DNA of 64,000 bases from an uncultured virus (IMG/VR IMGVR_UViG_3300043080_000080) (lineage: Duplodnaviria; Heunggongvirae; Uroviricota; Caudoviricetes), in the IMG/VR virus record IMGVR_UViG_3300043080_000080; one strand, written 5' to 3'. The first letter of the stretch is position 1; the number at the start of each line of letters is the position of its first letter. The notes under the pieces were generated by a model. The model did no database searches. It saw only the letters and a program-made list of their open reading frames with translations, and was not told the origin of the DNA. Below, one piece after another: positions 20,846 through 30,097 of the stretch. Made by a program: the position numbers and the translations under genes.

Positions 20846-22074
20846 ATGCTGTACATAATAGCATATATGAGTATGCTGCTTGCTATGAGAGTTATATCCA
20901 AGCAAGAATAGAGAATGATAATGCTTTAGTAGAACATATCCATCAATATATCCCTGTAGCGGAATCTGTTGCTTCTGATAAAAGAAAAAATAGAGCTAAA
21001 GATGCATGGGATAGCTTTGTTGCATTTGTAGAGAAGATGATGGGTAAGTTTACAGAAGCAATATCTAATAAGTTCTTATTTAATAAATCGTATCTTGAAA
21101 AATATAAAGATATAATTTTAAACAAGAAGCCTAAACATATAGCCTTTAGTTTCAATGGAGATTATAATGTAGCAATTAAACGCTGTATGAATTCTCAAAT
21201 ACCTGTATTTGATTATGAGACACATGCAGCGATGCTTTCAGATACAGATAAATCTGATTCTGAAATTGTAAAAGCAATACTTCCTAACGGTAATGATTTT
21301 ACATATGATCAGAATGCTTCATTATCAGATCAGCTCAAGACTTATTTTCTCGGAGCAGAAAATAATAAAAAGACTGAAGGATATTTTGATACTACTAATG
21401 CTTTAAACTGGACTGACATGTATAACTATTGCTATAATGCTAAAAAGATTACAGAAGTCAGTAACAAAGATAAGCAGTATCTTACCCAGTCTACTAACGC
21501 AATTATGCGAGCATGTAATGACCAGATAAGAAATGCTGGAACTAATACCACTACTAAATCAACAAATGCCGCCGAGCCTGCTGAAAATGGAGGCGGTAAA
21601 GATACCACTGTTACTGGCGATGCTGATAAGAAAGAGAGTGTTATCTATAGTGGTAAGCATATGTATTTCTTTGAGACCGATGGTGATAATAAAACCCAAG
21701 ATAGCTCTGCCACTGGATCTGCAGACAGCTCTAAGACTGCAACTAGTTCAAATCTAACAATAGATACGGATGCAGCGTCTAAAACGTCGTCTTACGCTAA
21801 CAGAGACAAGGTTACTGACGAAACTAAGCAAAAGAACGCTGATGCCGCTACTGCAGCCGGTGAAACTACTAAAAACATGGATACACTCACTGCTAGATGG
21901 ATAAAGATATGTAAAGCTATTATCTCAGCTAAGCTTACAGTATTACAGAAGTTGAACAGTGATTTCATGACTATGATCAGAGCTCATGTTAGATCGTATG
22001 TTGGTGATGATGAAAAGAAAGTAGAGACTTCTAAAGAAGCAGAACCCCCAACAAACTATGGTAAAAAGAAATAA
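20839..22074 (+). CDS. putative inner head protein, paralog
   Basis: VAES then AWDSFVAFVEKMMGKFTEAI amphipathic helix. Confidence 0.55.
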   Translation: MVNAVHNSIYEYAACYESYIQARIENDNALVEHIHQYIPVAESVASDKRKNRAKDAWDSFVAFVEKMMGKFTEAISNKFLFNKSYLEKYKDIILNKKPKHIAFSFNGDYNVAIKRCMNSQIPVFDYETHAAMLSDTDKSDSEIVKAILPNGNDFTYDQNASLSDQLKTYFLGAENNKKTEGYFDTTNALNWTDMYNYCYNAKKITEVSNKDKQYLTQSTNAIMRACNDQIRNAGTNTTTKSTNAAEPAENGGGKDTTVTGDADKKESVIYSGKHMYFFETDGDNKTQDSSATGSADSSKTATSSNLTIDTDAASKTSSYANRDKVTDETKQKNADAATAAGETTKNMDTLTARWIKICKAIISAKLTVLQKLNSDFMTMIRAHVRSYVGDDEKKVETSKEAEPPTNYGKKK

Positions 22075-22116
22075 GGCAACGACAATACTGATCAAAATGG
22101 AAATAAAAAATAAGAT

Positions 22117-22148
22117 TATACCCACAGGGAGTAATCCCTGTGGGTATA
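22117..22148 (+). terminator. Hairpin terminator, GTAA loop
   Basis: TATACCCACAGGGA-GTAA-TCCCTGTGGGTATA then TTATTT. Confidence 0.75.
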
Positions 22149-22209
22149 TTATTTCAAATTATACATGCGTGGACTTAAAAGTAATTTTACTTTAATGGGA
22201 GGAATCATA

Positions 22210-23067
22210 ATGAGCACTAATCTTATGGATAAATACTTTAAAACTATCGTTTGTAATGTAGAGCGTAATGGAACAAAAGATATTAACCCAAGACCAAAAT
22301 ATGAAGACGGTACTCCAGCGCATACATATTCAATTAATCATGCAACCATGACTTTCGATTTATCTAAGGGAGAATTCCCGGCTCTTACTTTAAGACCGAT
22401 TGCATTTAAATCTTCTATTAAAGAAATTCTATGGATTTATAAAGATCAATCTAACGATCTTAAATTGCTAAGAGATAAATATGGTGTTCATTGGTGGGAC
22501 CAATGGGCATTAGATGACGATACTATTGGGCAGTGTTATGGTGCTTCTGTAAGAAGACATCATTTAATGGATAATCTTTTAGATGGATTAGAGAAAGAAC
22601 CAGATGGAAGAAGGCATATTATGTCTCTTTGGCAAGATGAAGACTTTAAAGAACCCCATGCACTAAAGCCATGCTGTTTTATGACTATATGGAATATCCG
22701 TCATGAAGAAGACGGAGATTATTTAGATATGATGATGATTCAAAGATCTTGTGATTTCATGCTTGCAGGATCTACATCAAACCAGGTTCAGTATGCTACA
22801 TTGTTGTGCATGGTTGCTCACCATCTGGGAATTACTCCCGGTAAGTATACATGGGTCGGAGATAACGTGCAAATCTATGATAGGCATTTTGCTCAGGCTA
22901 ACGAGATGCTTAGTAGAAAGCTCATACCGTGTGAGTGTTATATTAAGATTAATCCAGAAAAGAAAACCTTCTGGGATATTGATGTAGATGATATTGAACT
23001 TATTGGTTATCCTTTATCTACCGTAAAAGAGGTTAATCCTCAGCTTAAGTTTGATATTGGTATTTAA
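22210..23067 (+). CDS. thyA: thymidylate synthase ThyA
   Basis: EILWIY, WDQW, GRRHIMSLW, LKPCC (catalytic Cys), QRSCD, N..QY; GGAGG RBS before ATG 22210. Confidence 0.95.
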   Translation: MSTNLMDKYFKTIVCNVERNGTKDINPRPKYEDGTPAHTYSINHATMTFDLSKGEFPALTLRPIAFKSSIKEILWIYKDQSNDLKLLRDKYGVHWWDQWALDDDTIGQCYGASVRRHHLMDNLLDGLEKEPDGRRHIMSLWQDEDFKEPHALKPCCFMTIWNIRHEEDGDYLDMMMIQRSCDFMLAGSTSNQVQYATLLCMVAHHLGITPGKYTWVGDNVQIYDRHFAQANEMLSRKLIPCECYIKINPEKKTFWDIDVDDIELIGYPLSTVKEVNPQLKFDIGI

Positions 23068-23081
23068 TACATATTAGAGGA

Positions 23082-24074
23082 GTGATGGTGATGAAATTAT
23101 TATCAAAGCTTTTCCATAATAACACTAGTAAAGATAATAAAACTAAAATTAAATCAGATGATGATTTTCTAAATACTCAAGTTCTTATCAATGGTATAAA
23201 TAATTTTGTAATTCTTATTTCATTTACTGAAAATTATTTCCATGATATGATTGAGTTTCTTGCGGTGTGTACAGATATAAATAAGAATGAGGTTCTATGG
23301 CATGGCGATGTAAAATACGTTCATACATCTTATGATGAAGAAACCGATAATAAAGATACCCATGATGATACAATCTATATAGTTCATAATCGGTATTATT
23401 TATTAATCGGTGGGGATGATAGTTTCTATAGACATCTGTTTAGATATTCAGATAATCTAGCAAATTCTATATTAATGGCTCTTATTCCTGAGATTGTTGA
23501 GAATAGAGATCCATCGTGGTATAAAGATCTTATCAATGATAAAGTAATCGTGGATAAATTTAAGCACGTAAATTCTTATGATCAATATTATGGGGATATA
23601 GAATCCCCCGATAAATTATATAAGTACGCAGATGCTAAACTATTGATGAGCAAATTGCCAGATTGCTTTACAATATACGATATACTGCCAATTATTTGGT
23701 TTAAAGATGTGTATGAATCTTACGCATATAAGAACGTATACAATCTTATGTGCAAAACCGTAACAGCATATGTAGTTAATAAATTAGCCTATAGACATCA
23801 ATTAGATATGCTCAATACAATACTTGGTGGTTTGATAGATAATATCACATATGATACTTTGGTATACTTAACGGGGCCAAAGTATAAAATAGAGTATGGA
23901 GAAGCAATGCCTGGAGATGTAACGGATGAATCTCTAGATGAACTATTTAGACAGAAGTACGAATCTGTTGGTGTATTTAAATCTAATGACGTAGAATACA
24001 CTGATATAGACGAGACATTATCAGATGAGCCAGTATATGATGGTAACACAAATACCCCCGAAGGAGATGTTTAG
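23082..24074 (+). CDS. hypothetical protein
   Basis: 330-aa ORF with GAGGAG RBS between thyA and dut. Confidence 0.65.
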   Translation: MMVMKLLSKLFHNNTSKDNKTKIKSDDDFLNTQVLINGINNFVILISFTENYFHDMIEFLAVCTDINKNEVLWHGDVKYVHTSYDEETDNKDTHDDTIYIVHNRYYLLIGGDDSFYRHLFRYSDNLANSILMALIPEIVENRDPSWYKDLINDKVIVDKFKHVNSYDQYYGDIESPDKLYKYADAKLLMSKLPDCFTIYDILPIIWFKDVYESYAYKNVYNLMCKTVTAYVVNKLAYRHQLDMLNTILGGLIDNITYDTLVYLTGPKYKIEYGEAMPGDVTDESLDELFRQKYESVGVFKSNDVEYTDIDETLSDEPVYDGNTNTPEGDV

Positions 24075-24079
24075 TAATT

Positions 24080-24838
24080 ATGGAAACCAATGTTAGAACA
24101 GTAGTAGAACCAACGTATAGCATGATTAATGAAATAGATGCTACATGCAAGATATTGGCAAACCAAGTAGCAGGCATTAAGAATGATGCAAAATACTCTA
24201 CAGCAATGATTGGTGCATTAGACAAACGGCTAGACAATTATAAAGAGGAAGCCGAAGCTAAATATACCACCATTAGTAATCGCGATGAGTTAATCCGTAT
24301 TCATTACATATCTGATGAGATCCCTGAGATTAAGCTTAAAGAATCTGGTGACTGGGTTGATCTATATGCTAGCGAGGATGTTATTATCCCTGTCAATCAG
24401 CAGAAGATGGTTCCTCTAGGAATATCTATGTGCTTACCATGTGGTTATGAGGCTTATATTGTTCCTAGAAGTTCTACATTTAAGAACTATGGAATTATCA
24501 TGACGAACCACCATGGTATTGTAGATTCTTCTTACTGTGGTACTAATGACCAATGGATGTTTTCAGCATATTGTCTGTCCCCCAAAGAAGATGGACTATA
24601 TATTGACGAGTCTGATTCTTGGTTATTTGGTTTTCTTGCTGATAGACCGTGGGGGCAGTGGATTCTACGCCATTTCTGTAGGTCTAAGTATAACGCCCAT
24701 AGATATAGCATGGTTCACAAGGGCGATAGAATCTGCCAATTCAGAATTCAAGAGCATATGCCCGCTGTCAAGTTTATGAAGGTTTCTGAATTAAGCGAAA
24801 TTGATCGTGGAGGATTTGGTTCTACCGGAGTGCGTTAA
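24080..24838 (+). CDS. dut: trimeric dUTPase with N-terminal extension
   Basis: GDWVDL, PRSS, GIVDSSYCG, KGDRICQF, RGGFGSTG (motifs I-V). Confidence 0.93.
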   Translation: METNVRTVVEPTYSMINEIDATCKILANQVAGIKNDAKYSTAMIGALDKRLDNYKEEAEAKYTTISNRDELIRIHYISDEIPEIKLKESGDWVDLYASEDVIIPVNQQKMVPLGISMCLPCGYEAYIVPRSSTFKNYGIIMTNHHGIVDSSYCGTNDQWMFSAYCLSPKEDGLYIDESDSWLFGFLADRPWGQWILRHFCRSKYNAHRYSMVHKGDRICQFRIQEHMPAVKFMKVSELSEIDRGGFGSTGVR

Positions 24839-24870
24839 TTACGCTAACTCAACATTTATGTAAACTGGAG

Positions 24871-25629
24871 GTGTTTTCAGGTATGATGAATGTTGAATTA
24901 ATGAATAAGGTTGATAATATATACCCCGATGGGGAAATGTCTATAATTGATATTCCAGAGATGCCATATTTCGATCAAGAGCAATATGATCTAATGGATG
25001 ATAAAGACTTCAAGCATTATATCTCTGATTTAGAGAGAAATGTAAGAACTTCTTTTGAGTATAGAGCTCTCATTAGTTATCTAAAGAATACTGAAGGTAT
25101 GGATGAGTGCTCATTCTTAGAGAATGTATCTTCTAGAGATAATAAGAAAGTTTCTATTGAGCTTCATCACTCTCCATTAACATTATTTGATATTTGTATG
25201 GCCGTATTTAAGAAACGTCAAGCAAACCATGAGGATGTCAATATAAATGCTGTTGCTGAAGAAGTAATATGGTTGCACTATGCTGGATGGGTCGGATTAA
25301 TTCCTCTATCCGCTACAGTACATGATATGGTTCATAATCAATATTTGTTTGTACCTACAGATGTTGTTAGAGGGAACTATAGAGCATTTGTAGAAGCTTA
25401 CTATAATTATATTGATCCTGAGACTTTAGATTGTATAGATAATGCAGAACAGGCTACGAAAGAGTATAACAATAAACAGATGGAGATTTTTAATAACCAT
25501 AAGCTCTATGTTAATGCTCATGGTTCTTATAATCTCTCTGGTAAGAATGATGCTCAATCTGCAATTAGACAACATATTACAGATCTTAAATCTGGTAGAA
25601 AAGTCATGTGTAATATAGTTCAAAAATAA
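24871..25629 (+). CDS. HNH-like protein
   Basis: ECSF..IELHH...LIPLSATVHDMVH resembles HNH core; late motif 24851-24862; start may be ATG 24883. Confidence 0.5.
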   Translation: MFSGMMNVELMNKVDNIYPDGEMSIIDIPEMPYFDQEQYDLMDDKDFKHYISDLERNVRTSFEYRALISYLKNTEGMDECSFLENVSSRDNKKVSIELHHSPLTLFDICMAVFKKRQANHEDVNINAVAEEVIWLHYAGWVGLIPLSATVHDMVHNQYLFVPTDVVRGNYRAFVEAYYNYIDPETLDCIDNAEQATKEYNNKQMEIFNNHKLYVNAHGSYNLSGKNDAQSAIRQHITDLKSGRKVMCNIVQK

Positions 25630-25729
25630 TACATAATCCCTGGTAGGATGCCCTACCAGGGGTATTTTTGCCCTTATATTTAGTAATGAAATGTAACATT
25701 TTAGTAAATTACTTAAAGGAGGTAATTTT

Positions 25730-26275
25730 ATGCCGTTCGTTAAAGATTCTATGTCCTTACTTATAGAATCTGCAGACATTGATCTTAAGAATAGTATGGA
25801 TATGGTAGTCCGAGAGAGTACCGTACTTTCCACATATGCTAGTCTTGAATCTGTATCTAGTCCTGTCGTGTATACTGCAGAGATGGTACCTGTAGTGTGC
25901 GTAGACGAGGAGTATTATACAGAGATGAGTTTTCTGCATCCTTACATGGAATCTAATGGTATCAGAAATATTGCTGACGCATTAGACAATGTTGCTTACG
26001 TTAATGGGTTAAGTGAGAATGCTGTTGGATTGCTTATTGAATCTGATCAGTATGTCACTGATGCTATTAATGAGGCTATAGATTCTGGTTCTGAGAAGAA
26101 GAAAAAGAAGGCTATCTCTAAGGTTAACAAATCTAATAAGATTGTTGATAAACTTAAGAATGCCGGAATTAAAGTAAAGAAGAAATTCAGCAAAGAACCT
26201 AAGAAGAAGTGCGATGAAGAGTGCACTGAAACCGAGTGTGGAACCAACGAATGTGGTTCCCAGAAATGTAGATAA
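25730..26275 (+). CDS. putative head-associated protein, Lys-rich with Cys/Glu tail
   Basis: AAAGGAGG RBS, late motif 25695-25706, repeated IES/RES/LES/MES sites. Confidence 0.55.
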   Translation: MPFVKDSMSLLIESADIDLKNSMDMVVRESTVLSTYASLESVSSPVVYTAEMVPVVCVDEEYYTEMSFLHPYMESNGIRNIADALDNVAYVNGLSENAVGLLIESDQYVTDAINEAIDSGSEKKKKKAISKVNKSNKIVDKLKNAGIKVKKKFSKEPKKKCDEECTETECGTNECGSQKCR

Positions 26276-26289
26276 GTAGGGTACTTGGT

Positions 26290-26805
26290 ATGGTTCTTAC
26301 TTTTTATTATGATGAATCTTATGTTAATTATCCTAGTTATCATTACAATAATGACCCAGAATTATTCGACGATGCTTATGAGAGAAATTTTTATAGCAAC
26401 CGCCAAAACAGACAATTTACCCCTTTAACTGTTACTGAAGTGCCAGGTGTTAATACCGATGCATTAGAGCGTAGGGTTGATGAAGTTGGGTCTAAGATAT
26501 CTAGTAAGTTTTGGCAAGCTGGACATCATAATAACCCGCAAAGGGATTTCCCATTTAAATGTTATAGGATTGTAAATGGGTTTGAGTTTGATATTAAAAA
26601 ATACAGAGAACTTGTGTTATCCCACCTTAATGGGGCAGAAAAACGCAATTTTAAAGTATACCAATATAACTTTCAGAAAAAGAATCGTAGATATTCTACT
26701 ATAATCATAACAGCAAATGGTAATGTTAAAGCCATATATCTAATGATTTATGAAGAACCAAAAACATGGAGAAATATTAGATTAACTAATGATTTACTTA
26801 AATAA
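26290..26805 (+). CDS. hypothetical protein with MVL..Y..ES leader
   Basis: MVLTFYYDES N-terminus resembles neighbours' leaders. Confidence 0.6.
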   Translation: MVLTFYYDESYVNYPSYHYNNDPELFDDAYERNFYSNRQNRQFTPLTVTEVPGVNTDALERRVDEVGSKISSKFWQAGHHNNPQRDFPFKCYRIVNGFEFDIKKYRELVLSHLNGAEKRNFKVYQYNFQKKNRRYSTIIITANGNVKAIYLMIYEEPKTWRNIRLTNDLLK

Positions 26806-26831
26806 TTATATTATATAAAGGAGCGATACCT

Positions 26832-27277
26832 ATGGTACTTGATGTATATACCCCCCCCCCCTAATTATGAATGAGGCTAGAACTGCCGAAGAATATAAGC
26901 GTCAAAAATATGCAGAAAAGCGTAAAGAAACTGCTAAAGAGCGTAATAGAGATAATAGAAGATACTACTACTCTGCTGGCAGTACGCCTGCCGGTATACC
27001 TGGTATGGAGAATAATTATTTCACCGCTAATGGTGGTAAAAATAAAAAAGATGCTAACAAAAATCACACCTGGGGTAAGCATTATAGAATGCGCGATAAA
27101 ACTGAGGATAAAAAAATACAAGCTGATGGTTATAGAACTATAGCTCGTGCTGATATTATAGATCACAAATTTAAAAATAGACAAGATAAAGCTGCTGCTT
27201 ATGATGCGGCAAATCGTCATAACAGACGGCACCCAGATCGTAAGCTTGAATCTGGTATCTTTGGTGTAACTTACTAA
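26832..27277 (+). pseudogene. basic internal-protein-like cassette 1, out of frame at C11 tract (phase OFF)
   Basis: AAAGGAG RBS, ATG 26832 GTA CTT GAT GTA TAT A-C11-TAA gives MVLDVYTPPP*; C9 or C12 would fuse to ORF 26867..27277. Confidence 0.8.
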
Positions 27278-27986
27278 ACTAATTTAAAGGAGAAATTACT
27301 ATGGTATTAGATGTATATACCCCCCCCCTGGAGATGTATAATGAGGAATATTATTTAGATGAGGCTAGAACCGCTGCTGAATATAGAAGCCAGAAAGCTA
27401 GATCTGCTAGAGATGCAGAACGAGCAGAAGATAAGCGTTTTAAAAACAGATACGTACATGACGGTGAGGATTTTGATAACAGAATAGGAGTAAATGACGA
27501 TAACGGGTTTAGATCAAGCAACAGAAACGGCAGATCCAAAACCAAGGCCGCTTCTGATTCGATTTCAAATTCTAGAAAACGCTCTAAGGTTAACGCGACA
27601 TGTTACAGACCATCTGATGGTTTTGACAGTATGATGTTGGCCAAAGATGTAGCTGCAAAACGTGTTAGAAGTAATAAAAATGCTAACTATGCTTCAGATG
27701 CAGTAGATCGTCATAATCGTAGACACCCTAATAGTTCTGTTAAATCAATATACCTTGATGCAGATGATAAAACAATAAGATCTGGATCTGGTATAAGTTC
27801 TTATGAGGCGCTTGACGGAATAGTGGCAGCCAGCGGACGTCACGATGCTAAAAAATCAAGAGAGCATATAGAGCGTAAAGCTAAATCTAAGCATGAATCT
27901 GCCGGAACTGGTATCTTTGGTGTAACTTACTAAAATAAATTTAAAGGAGAAATTACTATGGTACTTGATGTATATACCCCCCCCCT
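27252..27986 (+). repeat. ~78-bp direct junction repeats (27252-27329 and 27908-27986)
   Basis: CTGGTATCTTTGGTGTAACTTACTAAA..AATTTAAAGGAGAAATTACTATGGTA.T.GATGTATATAC9 occurs twice, near-identical. Confidence 0.9.
27301..27933 (+). CDS. basic internal-protein-like cassette 2 (C9, in frame)
   Basis: MVLDVYTPPL..DEARTAAEY...RHNRRHP...HESAGTGIFGVTY; AAAGGAG RBS. Confidence 0.85.
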   Translation: MVLDVYTPPLEMYNEEYYLDEARTAAEYRSQKARSARDAERAEDKRFKNRYVHDGEDFDNRIGVNDDNGFRSSNRNGRSKTKAASDSISNSRKRSKVNATCYRPSDGFDSMMLAKDVAAKRVRSNKNANYASDAVDRHNRRHPNSSVKSIYLDADDKTIRSGSGISSYEALDGIVAASGRHDAKKSREHIERKAKSKHESAGTGIFGVTY

Positions 27987-28371
27987 AATTATGAATGAAG
28001 CACGTACTGCTGATTAATACGCTCGCCAAAAATACGCAGAAAATCGTAAAGAAACTACTAAACAGCGTAATAGGGATAAAAGAAGGTATCAAACTGTTAA
28101 TGACAATTTAATGTCTGGAAAACCTCTTACTACTGTAAAGACTTCAAATTACTTTGACGCTGCAGATAAGAATAAAAAAGAGTATGATTATGATGAGTAT
28201 AAAAAAGCAGCTAGAGATAAGACCGGTGGTTCAAATACCTACTTTAGCAGAAAATACAAATCAAAATCAGATGCTGCTTATGCAGATGATGCTATATGGC
28301 GTCACAATAGACGCCACCCAGATCGTAAGCTCGAATCTGCTGGTACTGGGATCTTTGGTGTAAAATACTAA
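27958..28371 (+). pseudogene. basic internal-protein-like cassette 3 (C9 in frame, premature TAA at 28015-28017)
   Basis: MVLDVYTPPLIMNEARTAD*YARQKYAENRKE.. continues in frame into ORF 28111..28371; paralogs have GAA at the stop position. Confidence 0.8.
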
Positions 28372-28375
28372 AACT

Positions 28376-28407
28376 AACATCCTCTAGGGTTGCCCCTAGA
28401 GGATGTT
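28376..28407. terminator. Bidirectional hairpin terminator
   Basis: AACATCCTCTAGGG-TTGC-CCCTAGAGGATGTT between convergent genes. Confidence 0.8.
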
Positions 28408-28417
28408 TTATTGCTAA

Positions 28418-29659
28418 TCAATATCCAGTACTTATAGTGGCGTCGCTAGAATTTTCAATTTTACGCATATTTATCATTGTGGTTAATAGATAGCTATCGT
28501 CTTCTCTAGTTAAACATTCTCTCTTGTGAGTTAGTAAGTATTCTCCATTATTATCTTGATAACGATCTATGTTATGAACAGTGAATCTTTTATTAATAGT
28601 AAATACATCCATATCTAAATCAGCCTTGGTAAAGAATAGATATATATTACTAGCGTTCTCTTCACTCTCTAAATTATAGATCATATTAGTATTATCATTA
28701 TATAACCGGATATTAGAAGTTTTGCTAGTGGAGTAAGAAGCATTATTATTTAAATCTTTAGTACTTACACCGGTAGATGTAACACCACGAATCTTATTCT
28801 TACTCTTATTAGCGATAGTGTTATCATACACGCTAGAGTTAGCATAGTTTATATACACATGGTATAGCTCATTGTCTTTATCTATCGCTGTACCGACACT
28901 ATAAGCATCACTATCGTCTATATCTTTAATATCTACCAATACAGATGTGTACAACTCATTATCTTTAGCGGTTGCTCTACCGGAAGAACTAATTAAGTAT
29001 GTAAAAGAGAAATCCTGATAGAATCTATATGGAGTATAATAGAATACTCTAACAGAGTTCAGATACTTTAATGCTTTATTAACAGATTCTTTTACTGGCA
29101 TTATTACTCGATCTAGAGTATCACTAAATGAGAACGGTTCTATAATTATATTAGGCATATCTTGTAAGCAATATTTAGCACAGTCGAATATAGTATTATT
29201 GGTTACATTCAGCTCCAACATCTGTTTATTTCTATTAATCATATTAATAGACAATAAACCCAAAGTGATTTGTCTAAATGTATTTCCAAGATTCTCTTCC
29301 ATGGTTGTTTCATTATAATCTATAGGGTCATTCTTATTAACATCATCCGGTAAAAAGTAAGTGAATTTATCTCTAAATACTTCTATCTCTTGTTTAGTCT
29401 CTGTTAAGTCATCATACTTATACACTGCTATTAGCATGAGATTATCATTGATATTCAATATCATATCATCTAATAGTTTACGATCTAATGATAGATTAGC
29501 ATACAGTATAGGCATACAATGATCATCATAATTATGATCTATTACTAAAAACTTAATACATTCTGTTATTATCTCTGTATTCTCACCATTTACTGTATCT
29601 ATGTAAGTCATTTCTACTTTATATCTAAATTGAGTATATACAAGATTCTCGTCAGCCAT
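28418..29659 (-). CDS. putative virion structural (baseplate hub-like) protein
   Basis: 413 aa, beta-rich pattern, C-terminal GEYLLTHK..; late motif 29686-29697; function inferred only. Confidence 0.4.
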   Translation of the reverse strand: MADENLVYTQFRYKVEMTYIDTVNGENTEIITECIKFLVIDHNYDDHCMPILYANLSLDRKLLDDMILNINDNLMLIAVYKYDDLTETKQEIEVFRDKFTYFLPDDVNKNDPIDYNETTMEENLGNTFRQITLGLLSINMINRNKQMLELNVTNNTIFDCAKYCLQDMPNIIIEPFSFSDTLDRVIMPVKESVNKALKYLNSVRVFYYTPYRFYQDFSFTYLISSSGRATAKDNELYTSVLVDIKDIDDSDAYSVGTAIDKDNELYHVYINYANSSVYDNTIANKSKNKIRGVTSTGVSTKDLNNNASYSTSKTSNIRLYNDNTNMIYNLESEENASNIYLFFTKADLDMDVFTINKRFTVHNIDRYQDNNGEYLLTHKRECLTREDDSYLLTTMINMRKIENSSDATISTGY

Positions 29660-29742
29660 ATTACATAAACACCTCTCATTCTATTTAATTCTATGTAATA
29701 AAGCCAAAAAAAGACATGGGGTTGCCCCCATGCCTATATTAT

Positions 29743-30084
29743 TTAGATATTGATTGTCTCTCCTGTTGGCTCCACCATGATATTTTGGCAGTCTGTTTCT
29801 ACAATGCTATGAACAGTGCCATTTGTTTTCCCTGTAACTTTGAAGAACATATCTAAAGCCGCAATCTCTGTTCTTGCTACAATAGCAATAGGATTCTTAT
29901 TTATAGTAACACCATTATTAGTTTCCATTTCACATACTATATACATATAACAGTGTCTAAGAAATCCAGTATCATTAGATCTCATATATCCAATGACTCT
30001 ATTATCAGAGAAGCCCTTAAATTCTTCACTTGCCAATGTTACAAGAGAGCTCGGTAGTTTATAGACGAACTGAATATACTGCAT
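29743..30084 (-). CDS. hypothetical protein
   Basis: GGGAGG RBS, ORF. Confidence 0.65.
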   Translation of the reverse strand: MQYIQFVYKLPSSLVTLASEEFKGFSDNRVIGYMRSNDTGFLRHCYMYIVCEMETNNGVTINKNPIAIVARTEIAALDMFFKVTGKTNGTVHSIVETDCQNIMVEPTGETINI

Positions 30085-30097
30085 TCACATAACCTCC

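Noticed and set aside
22210..23067. dCMP hydroxymethylase (modified-base pathway)
   Set aside because: Asn after RSCD (SNQVQY) indicates dUMP specificity and the sequence looks like ordinary ThyA; no modification genes nearby
26832..28371. CRISPR array or DGR template/variable repeats
   Set aside because: Repeats are coding junctions ~650 bp apart, differences are not adenine-specific, and no cas or reverse transcriptase gene is in the window
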